Made by a program: the position numbers and the translations under genes
Shown: positions 16,104 through 26,034 of the stretch, piece after piece
Position numbering within the stretch: position 1 is the stretch's first letter
How the letters are laid out: each line of letters opens with the position of its first letter
The notes under the pieces: model-generated
Database searches by the model: none
What the model was told of the DNA's origin: nothing
Seen by the model: only the letters and a program-made list of their open reading frames with translations
From: Planctomycetota bacterium
GTDB lineage: Bacteria > Planctomycetota > UBA8108 > UBA1146
Reading direction: 5' to 3'
Length of the DNA: 38,005 bases
NCBI GenBank assembly: GCA_036338595.1
Contig: JAYZBV010000038.1
Coordinates: 1-38,005, forward strand

Positions 16104-18344
16104 ATGAAGTTGTACATTGTTTTGATTGCCGCGATCGGTCTCGGAGGATGGATTGGTTACGAACTCTATTGTGAAAAGTGTGCATACAAGTCCTGGCAAG
16201 ATGTCTCCCATTTCCTGGTCTCCGGTGATCCGGAGAACGATCCAGCATTCGTTGATCTCGAGCGATTGAGCGAGCAGTGCAGCAGCCATCTATCCAGGCA
16301 AATCACTTACATCCAGGCACGCCATGCAGAAATCGAGTCGGAGACGATTGCGAGCACGCGAGAGTACCAACTGAAGCGTCTCACTGAACGCATCGATCAA
16401 TTCCGAGGTGAGATTGAATGCACTTCAGATCGATGCATGGCCCCAGCGGGCGATCGAGGCATGATGGATCGAGACTGTGATTGTGAATCGAGGAGCGCAA
16501 TCACATTCATGCAATTGAACACCATCACGAAAGTTGTCCAATCTGTCGTGGATTCATCCAGATCCTCGAGCCTTGTGGGCCTGATTTCACCATCGCTTGA
16601 TGCAGCAAATGCGATGGATCTCCAGACCCATCGACAGTCGATGGATCAGTCAGGATCTGACTACTCTAATAAGTTGTTGGTGTTCAAGGAGTCGCTCATG
16701 AGAGAGCAGGATCCAGCTGCCGTCTGGACCCAAACAACTCTCGATGATGCGCTGGGGTCAGCTGATGATCTCGAGCAGGTAGCGCAGTCAGGGGTAGCAT
16801 TCTCAAGTGCCCTCAACACCCTGGCGACCACTGTCAGCAATGTGACCCAAGCCTCCACTTCCAGGGCAAGGGACCGGGTGCTGTGGTATTCGATTGCATT
16901 TGTGTTGGTTGGGGCCGGCTTCATTTTCATCATCATCGGCTATGTACGGTCTCTGATCCTCATCACAAATGAGACCAGCAACGCCCAGGGTCGTTCAGTT
17001 GCCATTAGGCGTTTCACCAGCTTATTCCCGGCGCTAAATAGGCTCGGTGGAGCTGTGAAAAATCTCTCGGATGGCAAGGAGCGTATCGCAGGGAAGTTGA
17101 GGCAGTCGGAGCAGCAGTACAGAAATCTTGAGAAACAAAAAGAACTGGAAAAGCAACTTGCCGGAGTGGTTGCTCATGAATACGGCAACAAGTTGATGGT
17201 GATGGAGGGAAACCTGCTGCTGATGAAGACGAAGTTGGAGTCACCTGAGATATTGCCCTTGCTAAACAGTGCCCTGACAGCATGTCAGCAGGCAAAGATG
17301 ATCACCGATGGATTTCGTTCCAGCGCCGGTAGGCAGGTCCATCAGAAACCGATTTCGATCGCGCTGAATGATCTGATCGCACAGCAGGTCGATGAGATGA
17401 AGCCGATATTATCAAGATCGAAGCAGGTTGTTGAACTGGATCTCGATCCCCGACTGAAGTCGATCGTTGCAGCCAAGGAAGATCTGGATGGAATCCTTCT
17501 CAATTTGATTCTCAACGCGATGGAAGCTAATGAAGTCGTGGGAGGCAAGAGGGTAACCATCCGTACCTTGTCGGTGGAGAAAATAGACCATTCAGAAATT
17601 CCGGAGGGTCTGGCATCAAAAATTGTCTCCGGCATCCAGTACGCTAGTTTCGAGGTGATCGATGAAGGCGTTGGTATCACAGCGGAACTGGGGGAACAGG
17701 TCTATACCCTTGGAGTGACCACCAAATCGGGCTTGCGAACTGAGCACGTTGGAGAACGGTTTGGAAAAGGACTTCATATCGTCTGGGACAGTGTGACTGC
17801 CAACAATGGAGCGGTCGACTTTGTCAGAAACGAGTCAAATGGTGTCACGTTCAGGGTCTTTCTTCCCGCTGGTTCCGAAGTTGTGGAAGCGCAACCAAGA
17901 GCGTATGTCATTCCCAGTGTCGAGAGGGAGCATGGCAAGGTCTTGCTGATCGAAGATGATGAGGATGTCAGAGAGGTGACATGTGCTGTGCTTGAAGCGA
18001 GTGGGTGGGATGTGGATTCCGTTTCATCTGCGGAAGAAGCACTGGAATGGTACGAAGACGACTTCAGGCTGTTGATCAGCGATATTCGACTCGGCCCAGC
18101 AAGACTGGACGGGCATCAACTGGTCGAGGAAATCCGAAGCAGAGGATCGCTGATCCCCTTCTTGTTGATCTCTGGATATACGCAGAAGGAGGTGATGGAG
18201 TGCGTTGATCCACACGAGGGAATCGTGCGCTTCCTGAAGAAGCCTTTCACTCCGGAGGAGTTGGACGCTGCGATATGGGAAGTAGTGGCCCTGGACGAGC
18301 ACTGGGGAGGCGATGAAGACAAGTGTGGAGCGTTGCTCGTATAG
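16104..18344 (+). CDS. Membrane-bound hybrid sensor histidine kinase / response regulator
   Basis: Two TM segments flank an extracytoplasmic domain. H-box AGVVAHEYGN, N-box NLILNAMEA, G1 DEGVGI, TTK, G2 GKGL; receiver LLIEDD...ISDIRL...KPF. Confidence 0.9.
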   Translation: MKLYIVLIAAIGLGGWIGYELYCEKCAYKSWQDVSHFLVSGDPENDPAFVDLERLSEQCSSHLSRQITYIQARHAEIESETIASTREYQLKRLTERIDQFRGEIECTSDRCMAPAGDRGMMDRDCDCESRSAITFMQLNTITKVVQSVVDSSRSSSLVGLISPSLDAANAMDLQTHRQSMDQSGSDYSNKLLVFKESLMREQDPAAVWTQTTLDDALGSADDLEQVAQSGVAFSSALNTLATTVSNVTQASTSRARDRVLWYSIAFVLVGAGFIFIIIGYVRSLILITNETSNAQGRSVAIRRFTSLFPALNRLGGAVKNLSDGKERIAGKLRQSEQQYRNLEKQKELEKQLAGVVAHEYGNKLMVMEGNLLLMKTKLESPEILPLLNSALTACQQAKMITDGFRSSAGRQVHQKPISIALNDLIAQQVDEMKPILSRSKQVVELDLDPRLKSIVAAKEDLDGILLNLILNAMEANEVVGGKRVTIRTLSVEKIDHSEIPEGLASKIVSGIQYASFEVIDEGVGITAELGEQVYTLGVTTKSGLRTEHVGERFGKGLHIVWDSVTANNGAVDFVRNESNGVTFRVFLPAGSEVVEAQPRAYVIPSVEREHGKVLLIEDDEDVREVTCAVLEASGWDVDSVSSAEEALEWYEDDFRLLISDIRLGPARLDGHQLVEEIRSRGSLIPFLLISGYTQKEVMECVDPHEGIVRFLKKPFTPEELDAAIWEVVALDEHWGGDEDKCGALLV

Positions 18345-18366
18345 AGAGTGTAGATATCAGTCCTGG

Positions 18367-21300
18367 CTACTCCTTGTTGTCAGGATCAGTCCTTCGCCTC
18401 GAGCCGACATCAGGCTCATCGAGCGATCCCCCGATTTGAAATCTGAGCAATCGGTTCGCAATGTCGGACAGTACGGGAGCCCCTCCCAGGGTCTGAGGCT
18501 CCATGATCAGACTGAGCCTCTTGTCGAACCCCACGATGCCTTTTCCCAGTATCTTCCCTGCTGGACTGCTGAGGCGTATCGATCCCATGCCCTTGAATTC
18601 GAACAACTGGTCGTGAATCGAAAACTCACAATCGGCCTTCTTGATGCGATTATTGCGTCGGTTGAGTCCTTCGAATGGGTTCAGAAGAACTCCGGCGATG
18701 ATGGGAATTTGAGCCAGGTTGCCATCCCTTATCGAAAAGGCGCCGTTGCCCAGGATCGAATCGGTAGATCCCACGATGCCATGGACCCTCGCCGCACCCT
18801 CTGCGATTCCTTTGACACCTTGTTTGCGAAACAGCATTTGAGATCCGAGAGAGAGATCCACCCGCTCAACGCGGGTTTCGCCCGCAAAACGCCCCTCGCC
18901 GGGGGAAAGATCAGCAAAGAAGAAGCCGTCGAGCGGGCCTCCATAGATCTCGCTGGGGCCAAGTTCTGCCTGGAACACCTGAGATCGATCGAGAGGCATC
19001 TGATTCAGTAGCCAGGGAGATGGAAATTTTTCATCGAGTGGATCCTGGAGTTGTAATCGTGGGTGATCCACTCCGTAGGTGAAGTGTAGTGACCTCGCAG
19101 GGGGGACGCTCGCGCGAAACCGAGAAAATCGGAAGTCCCCTTCGGTGAGTTGGCCGGCAAAGGTGTGCCTCTGGCCCGGCTCGATTCCACCATGAATCTC
19201 GAATCGCGCAGATAGTTCCTCGGCTCGAAGAGCAAAGTCGAATCCGCTGTTGTTCAGTTCACCTTCCACATCGTATTTAACAATTTCGATGGGACCATCG
19301 AGGTCGCTCTCTTGATGACGATAGAGAACTGAAGCTTGTCCAGAGACTTCTCCCGTCAGCTTCATCCGCTCGAAAAAGTTCTTCAGATCCGGGGGGAGAT
19401 TATTGACCAGCTCTTGCTGTGAAAGATCCAGCCCGCGTTCGTCAGGGCCTTTCTGGATGTCAAAGTTCATGGCCAGAAGCGTAGACTGTTCCTGGCTTCC
19501 GGTGGTTTCGATGCTGTCATCGGGACCGATTTCACCTGAGACCATGACCACAGGCGATATGTTTGGATCAGTTCTTAACTCGTCGAGCCGGATTCTGCCC
19601 TCGGTGCTGGAAAAGACAACCTGCCCCTGATGGAAGGTCAAGGGATAGGGAAGTTTGTGATAGCGAAGACGGATGGGATCTTGAACTCGGGCGCGGACAT
19701 AGATATCGAAAGGTGTTTCTTCATCGATGCGAAGTTCGACGACCGTGTCGAGGGACCCACCTCCAGCAAGGATATCGAGTGATCGAAGGCGTTTTTCGAC
19801 TCCCTCTGGAAGTGCCGAGATCAACTCATCATCCGGAACGAGGTGTGCGCACTCGATGGGGATTTCAAGCCGGGTCGTCTTTCCATTCGAAAACTCGACC
19901 ACACCAGCGGGCAGTGAGAGGTCACTCTGCCCGTGTTTCCCGGTCAGCCCTTGAAGTAGCACTCTACCTCTGGACGCCTCGATGATGATCTGGCCTCTGA
20001 GTTCATCAATTCGGTAGGGAAATACCTCATGAGCGAAGCTAGCACCCTGAGGCTCCATCAGGATGGTCAGATCAAGGGGATCCTTGAGCGACAATTTTTC
20101 CAGCTCTATTCGAACATCAGAACGCCCCGTCGGAGAGTAGGTGTCAAAGATGGGAGAGTAGCGATCTCCAAGAGCAGTTCGGATCCGATCGTCCAGAGGA
20201 AGTGATTTCCCCTCGATCACGAGATGTCTTCTCCCGCCCGGAATTGTCTCGAGACTACCTCGGAACCGGATGGGTTCACCGCTTGCACCGCCTGAGATGT
20301 CCAGTTCGATGCTGTCACCGAAGAATCGAATTTTCCCCACCAGATTTCGAAGCGGATAAGGATAGTGAGATGAACTGGCGTCTGCCCCGGAAAGCGTCAG
20401 TAGAAGTTCATCCAGAACCGGAGGAAATGTTTCGCCTCCAGCGGCTACCTGGAGACCGAATCGACCCGACGGCGAGTAACTATCCCAGGTTTTCTGCAGG
20501 GCAGGCGGAAGAATGCTACGCACCCTCGGTTCAAAGGCAAGATCCTCGATTTTCAGTACCAGATCACTGCGCCCCGGGGTTAGCGCATCCAGTTCAATCT
20601 CGCCCAGCAGCCAGGCGTTCGAGCCAAGGATATTGCCCTTCAGAGGATCCCTGAACGAGATGGCATCGGGGGTGATCTCCAGCTTTCCTGACAACTGATC
20701 GATGACCAGATCAGGTTCGGCGAGATGAATCGAGCCGTTCTGGATGGTCAGGAAGGTAGCGTTCTTGACCGGCTGGGCATCCCTCAGCACCAGCTCGTGA
20801 CTGACGCTCGCCATTCCCGAGGGCTGATACCGATCCCATAGAAGGCGTAGTGCAGGTGGGATTCTCTCGCGGAGGGTCTGGTTCAACTGGATCTGGTCCA
20901 CCTCGAGAGCCAGCTCGAAGTCGCCGAGCGACAGTCTCCCTCCGCCATCCAGGCGGATGCTCTGGACCGAACTGTCGAAGGCCACTCCGTCGAGCACCCA
21001 GAGATCGGGGTCATCTGGAGAGACTTCCAGGCGAAGGCTCGAGACATGGAGCCCACCTGGACTGTGAGCCACCGTCGCAGGACAGGTATCGACACGCAGG
21101 TCGGTGATGATCAACTCAGGCGGAGTGAGAGAAGGAGTGGATGTGGCCAGAGATGTATCTGGCAACTGGGGACCCTGAATCGGAGCGGTGGCATCGCGGA
21201 GAACATCCAGGATGGTCAGGTCACCGAGGTGATCTCGTTCGAGCACCAGATTTGATCCCGTGATCTCGACTCGTTCCAGCAGCACTTCTCCCAGAACCAG

Positions 21301-21672
21301 GCTCCACGGATCGAGTCGAATACTCAGGCGGGGAATCCTGATCAACTCCGCATAGCGGCTACCGGGAGGAGAGTGAATCACGAGATTGCTCACCTCGATG
21401 TGGGATGGCCATCTCCAGTTCACATCACCGAGAGAAAAGCCAGTAGAGAGTCGGTCTGCGAGCAACGCCTGGGCTCTGTACTTCATCTGTTCCGGGCTCA
21501 ATACCTTGGTGCCGACCCAGAAGAGTACGGTGGTGATCAGAAGCGGAAGAATGACCAGAAAGAAAATGTAACGCTTGAGCCGCGCCCGAAGGCGGGTACG
21601 TGTCGGTTTATTCTTTCCTCTCGGAAGCGGAAGAGCAGGAGGTGGGATATCGATGTCGTGCGACTCGGCCAT
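18367..21672 (-). CDS. Large AsmA-like (AsmA/TamB/YhdP superfamily) envelope protein
   Basis: Single N-terminal TM, long repetitive beta-rich body (F.Y....L.G.I motifs) and a C-terminal ...FQIGGSLDEPDV typical of AsmA-like ends. Confidence 0.75.
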   Translation of the reverse strand: MAESHDIDIPPPALPLPRGKNKPTRTRLRARLKRYIFFLVILPLLITTVLFWVGTKVLSPEQMKYRAQALLADRLSTGFSLGDVNWRWPSHIEVSNLVIHSPPGSRYAELIRIPRLSIRLDPWSLVLGEVLLERVEITGSNLVLERDHLGDLTILDVLRDATAPIQGPQLPDTSLATSTPSLTPPELIITDLRVDTCPATVAHSPGGLHVSSLRLEVSPDDPDLWVLDGVAFDSSVQSIRLDGGGRLSLGDFELALEVDQIQLNQTLRERIPPALRLLWDRYQPSGMASVSHELVLRDAQPVKNATFLTIQNGSIHLAEPDLVIDQLSGKLEITPDAISFRDPLKGNILGSNAWLLGEIELDALTPGRSDLVLKIEDLAFEPRVRSILPPALQKTWDSYSPSGRFGLQVAAGGETFPPVLDELLLTLSGADASSSHYPYPLRNLVGKIRFFGDSIELDISGGASGEPIRFRGSLETIPGGRRHLVIEGKSLPLDDRIRTALGDRYSPIFDTYSPTGRSDVRIELEKLSLKDPLDLTILMEPQGASFAHEVFPYRIDELRGQIIIEASRGRVLLQGLTGKHGQSDLSLPAGVVEFSNGKTTRLEIPIECAHLVPDDELISALPEGVEKRLRSLDILAGGGSLDTVVELRIDEETPFDIYVRARVQDPIRLRYHKLPYPLTFHQGQVVFSSTEGRIRLDELRTDPNISPVVMVSGEIGPDDSIETTGSQEQSTLLAMNFDIQKGPDERGLDLSQQELVNNLPPDLKNFFERMKLTGEVSGQASVLYRHQESDLDGPIEIVKYDVEGELNNSGFDFALRAEELSARFEIHGGIEPGQRHTFAGQLTEGDFRFSRFRASVPPARSLHFTYGVDHPRLQLQDPLDEKFPSPWLLNQMPLDRSQVFQAELGPSEIYGGPLDGFFFADLSPGEGRFAGETRVERVDLSLGSQMLFRKQGVKGIAEGAARVHGIVGSTDSILGNGAFSIRDGNLAQIPIIAGVLLNPFEGLNRRNNRIKKADCEFSIHDQLFEFKGMGSIRLSSPAGKILGKGIVGFDKRLSLIMEPQTLGGAPVLSDIANRLLRFQIGGSLDEPDVGSRRRTDPDNKE

Positions 21673-21676
21673 CGAT

Positions 21677-22813
21677 TTACGTCCCTTCCAGCTCAAGTTC
21701 TTCCGAAAGCGCAGGCTGATGATGCCGCAGAATTCTTCTTCCCAGCAAGCAGGTCACTTCGTAAGGAACAATTCGACACCAGCGAGCGATCTCTTCGACG
21801 GAAATTTCTTCGGATCCATCCGACCCCAGGAGGGTCACCTCGTCCCCGACATCGGCGCCCTCGACATCCGTAACATCGATGACCGTGTAGTCCATCGTCA
21901 CCCTACCGACCACGGGCACACGCTTGCCATGAACCAGCACCTCGCCTCTGTTCGACATGGTGGATGGAAAACCGTCGTGATATCCGATCGGTACCGTGGC
22001 CAGGCGACAGTGACGATTCGTCGTGAAAGTACCACCATAACCGATCGATTGTCCCGGTGGGTGATCTCGCAGGTATACGATCTGACTCTTCAAGGTCAGG
22101 ATGGGCTTCATGAGGTCGGTACCAGGAGTCGCACTGGCGAGGCCGTAGAGCGCCCCTCCGATACGAACCATGTTGGCATGCGGATCCGGGTCACCGAGGG
22201 CTGCGACACTGGCATCGATATGAACCAACGGGGGCTCGATTCCCCGGGAGGCCAGGTCTCCGGTGATTTGCGCGAACATCTTGCGTTGCCTCTCCACCTC
22301 CTTCGCATTCGAAGGACTCGAGAGGTGGGTACCAATTCCTTCCAGGCGCAGATGCGGTTGCATCGAGATGGTGCAGGCGTGGTCAACGGCCTGCTCTGGA
22401 CTGACACCCAATCTCGACATTCCTGTATCGACAAGCAGGTGGACTGGCAACTGTCGATCGACGCGGTTCGCAGCTTCCTGTAGTTCCTCGATACGTCCCG
22501 GAGAGTGAATCGTCACCGAAACATTCTGATCGATGAGCAAATCAATCTCCGGCTCCACCAGAGCGCCGAGTACGAGTACTGGCGAGGTGATCCCTGCATT
22601 GCGCAGGTCGAGCGCCTCCCCGGAAGTCCCCACGCCGAGGTAATCGATGCCCCCGTCTTCGAGTTGCTTCGAGATGGGGATGGCTCCGAGCCCGTAGGCA
22701 TCGGCTTTCACGACGGCGAGAATCTTCTTTTCAGGTAGCAGCGACCTCAGCGCACGGAGATTTTCCGCAAGCATGCCGAGATCGATGCTGGCCCAGGCAC
22801 GATGCGGTTTCAT
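21677..22813 (-). CDS. alr: Alanine racemase
   Basis: AVVKADAYGLG PLP-Lys motif, VDTGMSRLG, IGYGG, GYHDG, VGRVTMD, YEVTC. ATG at 22813 overlaps the tsaB stop (ATGA). Confidence 0.95.
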   Translation of the reverse strand: MKPHRAWASIDLGMLAENLRALRSLLPEKKILAVVKADAYGLGAIPISKQLEDGGIDYLGVGTSGEALDLRNAGITSPVLVLGALVEPEIDLLIDQNVSVTIHSPGRIEELQEAANRVDRQLPVHLLVDTGMSRLGVSPEQAVDHACTISMQPHLRLEGIGTHLSSPSNAKEVERQRKMFAQITGDLASRGIEPPLVHIDASVAALGDPDPHANMVRIGGALYGLASATPGTDLMKPILTLKSQIVYLRDHPPGQSIGYGGTFTTNRHCRLATVPIGYHDGFPSTMSNRGEVLVHGKRVPVVGRVTMDYTVIDVTDVEGADVGDEVTLLGSDGSEEISVEEIARWCRIVPYEVTCLLGRRILRHHQPALSEELELEGT

Positions 22814-23538
22814 GCCTGTTCCTCTCCGGCGAGGCGCCGTCGCCTCACCTCTTCCGCTCGACTGACGCGCAGATAGCGGGGGTTCAAGGAGTGCGGCGAA
22901 TCCCAGCCAGCCGGTGGGGGGGCACCACCCAGGATCTGATGAACACGGGCGATCGCCAGTCTCAGACCGTGCTGGGCCGTGGGGTGATCCCACTCGACGG
23001 GCCCGGTCGGAAGCGTGGGCACAAGACCTTCGATGCGACTGCCAGAGCCGATGAACCGTGTTCCCGTGGTTGCGAGTTCGGCCAGGTGGTCCCTGTGGCT
23101 GGTGCGCTCCTCACCATCCTTGTTGGCTCCATCTGCGTTCACCTCGTAGAAGGCAACATCCAGATCACCACTGCTGGCATCGAGCAGGACTCCCCATCGC
23201 CCCGGGTCTTCAATGTTGCAGGCGATCACATCGAACGAGGAGATGGCAAGAGCTGGAATCTCCAGTGCCCACGCCATCGCCTTCGCGGCGGAGACTCCGA
23301 TCCTGGTGCCAGTGAAGGAACCGGGGCCCGAACTCACTGCCATCACCGAGAGTTTTCCCCTTGCTTCGTTTCTCTCGACCAGGGCATCGATCCGTGGCTG
23401 CAGTTCCTTGCCGTGCACAAGACCAGGACTGAAACACTCGACATCGAAATGATTTCCATCGAGTGTGCCCATCGCAACCGAGCCATCGCGTTGACTCGTT
23501 TCGATCATCAATATCCAGGAATCAGGGGCGATCTTCAT
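22810..23538 (-). CDS. tsaB: tRNA threonylcarbamoyladenosine biosynthesis protein TsaB
   Basis: IETS...AVSSGPGSFTGTRIGVSAAKAMA, LDA, and the C-terminal LNPRYLR.S.AE motif. Confidence 0.9.
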   Translation of the reverse strand: MKIAPDSWILMIETSQRDGSVAMGTLDGNHFDVECFSPGLVHGKELQPRIDALVERNEARGKLSVMAVSSGPGSFTGTRIGVSAAKAMAWALEIPALAISSFDVIACNIEDPGRWGVLLDASSGDLDVAFYEVNADGANKDGEERTSHRDHLAELATTGTRFIGSGSRIEGLVPTLPTGPVEWDHPTAQHGLRLAIARVHQILGGAPPPAGWDSPHSLNPRYLRVSRAEEVRRRRLAGEEQA

Positions 23539-24122
23539 CAGGTGGTCTCTCCATAACGCTGCTGAAAGTGGATCGCATTTTTTGCGTACTTGTCTGCGGA
23601 TGCATGGAACGCGACCCGCTCCTTCTCGGTCACCTGTCGAATCGAACGACCAGGAACACCCACGACGAGCGAACCGGCTTCGATCCTGGTTCCAGGAGGG
23701 ACAACCGCGCCCGCTGCAACGAGACTGCCCGCACCTACTTCCACATCCTCGAGCAAGACGGACCCCATGCCGATCAATGCACCATCTCCAATGGAGACGC
23801 AGTGGACGATGGCCCCGTGGCCGATGGTCACATCGTTACCGATGATGAGGGGCTTATCTGGATCGGCGTGGAGCACCGATAAATCCTGAACATTGACCCG
23901 CTCACCGAGCACGATGGGAGCGTCATCGCCACGCAGTACTGCGCCGTACCAGATGCCGCATCCGGACCCTATCCGCACATCTCCGACGATGGTGGCATTT
24001 CCTGCATGAAACCAGCCATCCACCCGGTGAAAGGTCGCTCCGATTCGCCGATCGACAGCCTCTCCTGGCACACTGCCAGTGGGCTCGGGGCTGGCCGGTT
24101 GCTGCAGTTCATCGGATGGCAT
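23538..24122 (-). CDS. Gamma-class carbonic anhydrase family (YrdA/CaiE-like) hexapeptide-repeat protein
   Basis: IVGDVRIG...IWYGAVLRGD...NVQD..VLH...TIGHGAIVHC...LIGMG...GVPG. Confidence 0.9.
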   Translation of the reverse strand: MPSDELQQPASPEPTGSVPGEAVDRRIGATFHRVDGWFHAGNATIVGDVRIGSGCGIWYGAVLRGDDAPIVLGERVNVQDLSVLHADPDKPLIIGNDVTIGHGAIVHCVSIGDGALIGMGSVLLEDVEVGAGSLVAAGAVVPPGTRIEAGSLVVGVPGRSIRQVTEKERVAFHASADKYAKNAIHFQQRYGETT

Positions 24123-24361
24123 CGGATCTTCTTTCGGCTTGCCCTCGACCGGGCGCCTGTCGATGGTCGCTCCCGCTCACGATAATCATCCCAGCAGCAG
24201 GCGGCAACGCCTGCCCGAGAAGGAGCAGAACTGCCTCATGCGAGCATCCGCGGCGCGCCTCCGCTGAGCGAATCTGGCACCAGTTCGAGCCGGCTGGCGA
24301 TGTGGATGGAGCGACAGTCCTGCCACTGGAGTCTGCATTTCTGAGGAAGGACCAAGGCCAG

Positions 24362-25159
24362 CTACGGATCCATCGCCTCGATCAGCGCATGAACTCGCGC
24401 CACATCCACCTTGCGCTCGACATCTCCATCGACCTTCAGAGAGGTGCCGACGATGACCGCATCTGCGACCGACAGGATATGAGCGACATTGCCGATGTCG
24501 ACGCCGCTACCGGCGATCAGCGGTGTCTGCGGGATCGCTTCCCGAACTTTCATCAGTACGTCCCGATCGATCGGTGCGCCGGTTGCGCTTCCCGTGATGA
24601 TCACGGCATCCGCAAGGCCGCGACCGACCGTTTCCACGGCAGCCTTGGGTGCATCGAAACCATCAGGATGCAGGGCGTGCTTGACCCCTACATCGGCGGC
24701 GATCGACACGGAAGCGGCATCCGTATTTCGCTGCTGTCGAAGCGTCTCGTGCGCGCGACCCGAGATCCAGCCCTGATCGGTGAGCACCGCAGAGGTGTGG
24801 ACATTGACCCGGATGAAACGAGATCCTGTCGCTGCTGCGATGGCGAGAGCCGCGGAGGCATCGTTTCTGAGTACATTGACCCCGACCGGAGTGTCCCCGG
24901 CGGTGGCGGTGATGGCGCACACGATGGAGGTCATCTCGGCGACGGTGGTTGGCTCGACCGCAGTCGGTGTGAAGGGTGCATCGCCAAAGTTCTCGACGAT
25001 GAGACCACTGACTCCTCCGTCGATCAGCGCCTGAGCATCGGTGAGCGCAGAGTCGAGAAGCTGCTGGCGAGAGCCACGGTAGCCGGGACTCCCCGGCAAC
25101 GGTGCCAGGTGCACCACGCCGATGACCGATTTCGATTGCAGGGGAAAAGGAAAACTCAT
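24362..25159 (-). CDS. BtpA/SgcQ family TIM-barrel protein
   Basis: IGVVHLAPLPGSP, VENFGDAPF, GVNVLRND, FIRVN, ADVGVKHA, IITGSATG, GSGV, IVGTSLK. Confidence 0.9.
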   Translation of the reverse strand: MSFPFPLQSKSVIGVVHLAPLPGSPGYRGSRQQLLDSALTDAQALIDGGVSGLIVENFGDAPFTPTAVEPTTVAEMTSIVCAITATAGDTPVGVNVLRNDASAALAIAAATGSRFIRVNVHTSAVLTDQGWISGRAHETLRQQRNTDAASVSIAADVGVKHALHPDGFDAPKAAVETVGRGLADAVIITGSATGAPIDRDVLMKVREAIPQTPLIAGSGVDIGNVAHILSVADAVIVGTSLKVDGDVERKVDVARVHALIEAMDP

Positions 25160-25234
25160 CGCACTCCTTCCGGATCAACGGGAAGTGTACCTCGAAGCGG
25201 AAGGTGGGTCAGTGGAGATCGAGGAGGAGCGCCT

Positions 25235-25762
25235 TCAACGGTGTGTCCGGTCGAGGGATCGGACCAGATCAGTGATCTCCGCTCTGGAGAAGGTCCCGCT
25301 GAGGATGAACTTGGTGGATAAGGCATCGTTGACCACTGCCAGGAAGATGATCTGATCATCGATGATCACCGCCATTCTCTCGCCGATCATCCGGTGCGAA
25401 TATTCTCTCATGTGGTCTCCCGCCGCCTCTGTCAGCGTCACCGAGAGAGCGGGGGATCCGGTTTGATCGACGGTCGCCTTGGCTGCCTCGATGTCGGATG
25501 GTTCCAGCTGCCACCGATCGATCACCAACACCTCACTCTCCTTGGCGGGGTAGGGAAGTTGTGAGGCACCCGCATCGACCCATGAATCGGCCACTCTGGC
25601 GAAGGAAAGGCGCGACAGCTGCTGAGGATTCGCGGGAATCTGTGGATCCACGGTCGATCCAGGCCCAGAGACCTCTGAGAACAGCAGCATGACTAGCCAC
25701 CCGAAGCCGAGAACGACCAGCAGAAGGATCGCCAGTTCGACTCCAATCCTAGTATTTGTCAT
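25235..25762 (-). CDS. Membrane-anchored stand-alone SecD/SecF P1-head-like domain protein
   Basis: N-terminal TM, then DIEAAKATVDQTGSPALSVTLT..A...M...S....GERMAVIIDDQI...V....I LSGTFS..E..DL, matching the SecD P1 head pattern. The SecD 5-TM C-terminal bundle is absent. Confidence 0.7.
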   Translation of the reverse strand: MTNTRIGVELAILLLVVLGFGWLVMLLFSEVSGPGSTVDPQIPANPQQLSRLSFARVADSWVDAGASQLPYPAKESEVLVIDRWQLEPSDIEAAKATVDQTGSPALSVTLTEAAGDHMREYSHRMIGERMAVIIDDQIIFLAVVNDALSTKFILSGTFSRAEITDLVRSLDRTHR

Positions 25763-25916
25763 GGGTTACGACCCTTCAGCAGGGCTCGATGCTAGGCGAG
25801 GAGGGGTCTCAGTTCCAGGCTGCTCTTTGCCGCCTCTGCAGGCGACTCTCGAAGCCCGCAGCGAGACCTCTGTTGAGACCGATGACATTTGACCCAACTC
25901 CAGTAGATGCAATAGG

Positions 25917-25945
25917 TTGACGCTTTCCGGGCGGTTCGCTAGCCT
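25917..25945 (+). promoter_or_regulatory. Putative sigma70 promoter of the tpiA-secG-yicC-gmk-rpoZ-coa-ftsK cluster
   Basis: TTGACG-17 nt-TAGCCT, about 90 nt upstream of the tpiA start. Confidence 0.5.
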
Positions 25946-26034
25946 GACCCTTTGCGGCCCGGATTGCCGGATCGGATCCGGTGGTTCATGAGGCTCTCTT
26001 CGACGCTGCCTGGCGGCGCGGATGCTGGAGAATC

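Noticed and set aside
21575..22483. 302-aa plus-strand ORF (likewise 32346-33185, 4146-4982, 5146-5871, 18313-19011)
   Set aside because: Shadow or out-of-frame ORFs over alr, ftsK, the YHS-like gene, the nuclease and the AsmA-like gene; no recognisable motifs.
24123..24361. ~50-codon minus-strand ORF (MQTPVAGLSLHPH...) between the BtpA-like and gamma-CA genes
   Set aside because: No motif, no hydrophobic segment and no other support; left uncalled.
24116..25321. 401-aa plus-strand ORF
   Set aside because: Antisense shadow of the well-supported BtpA-family gene; no motifs.
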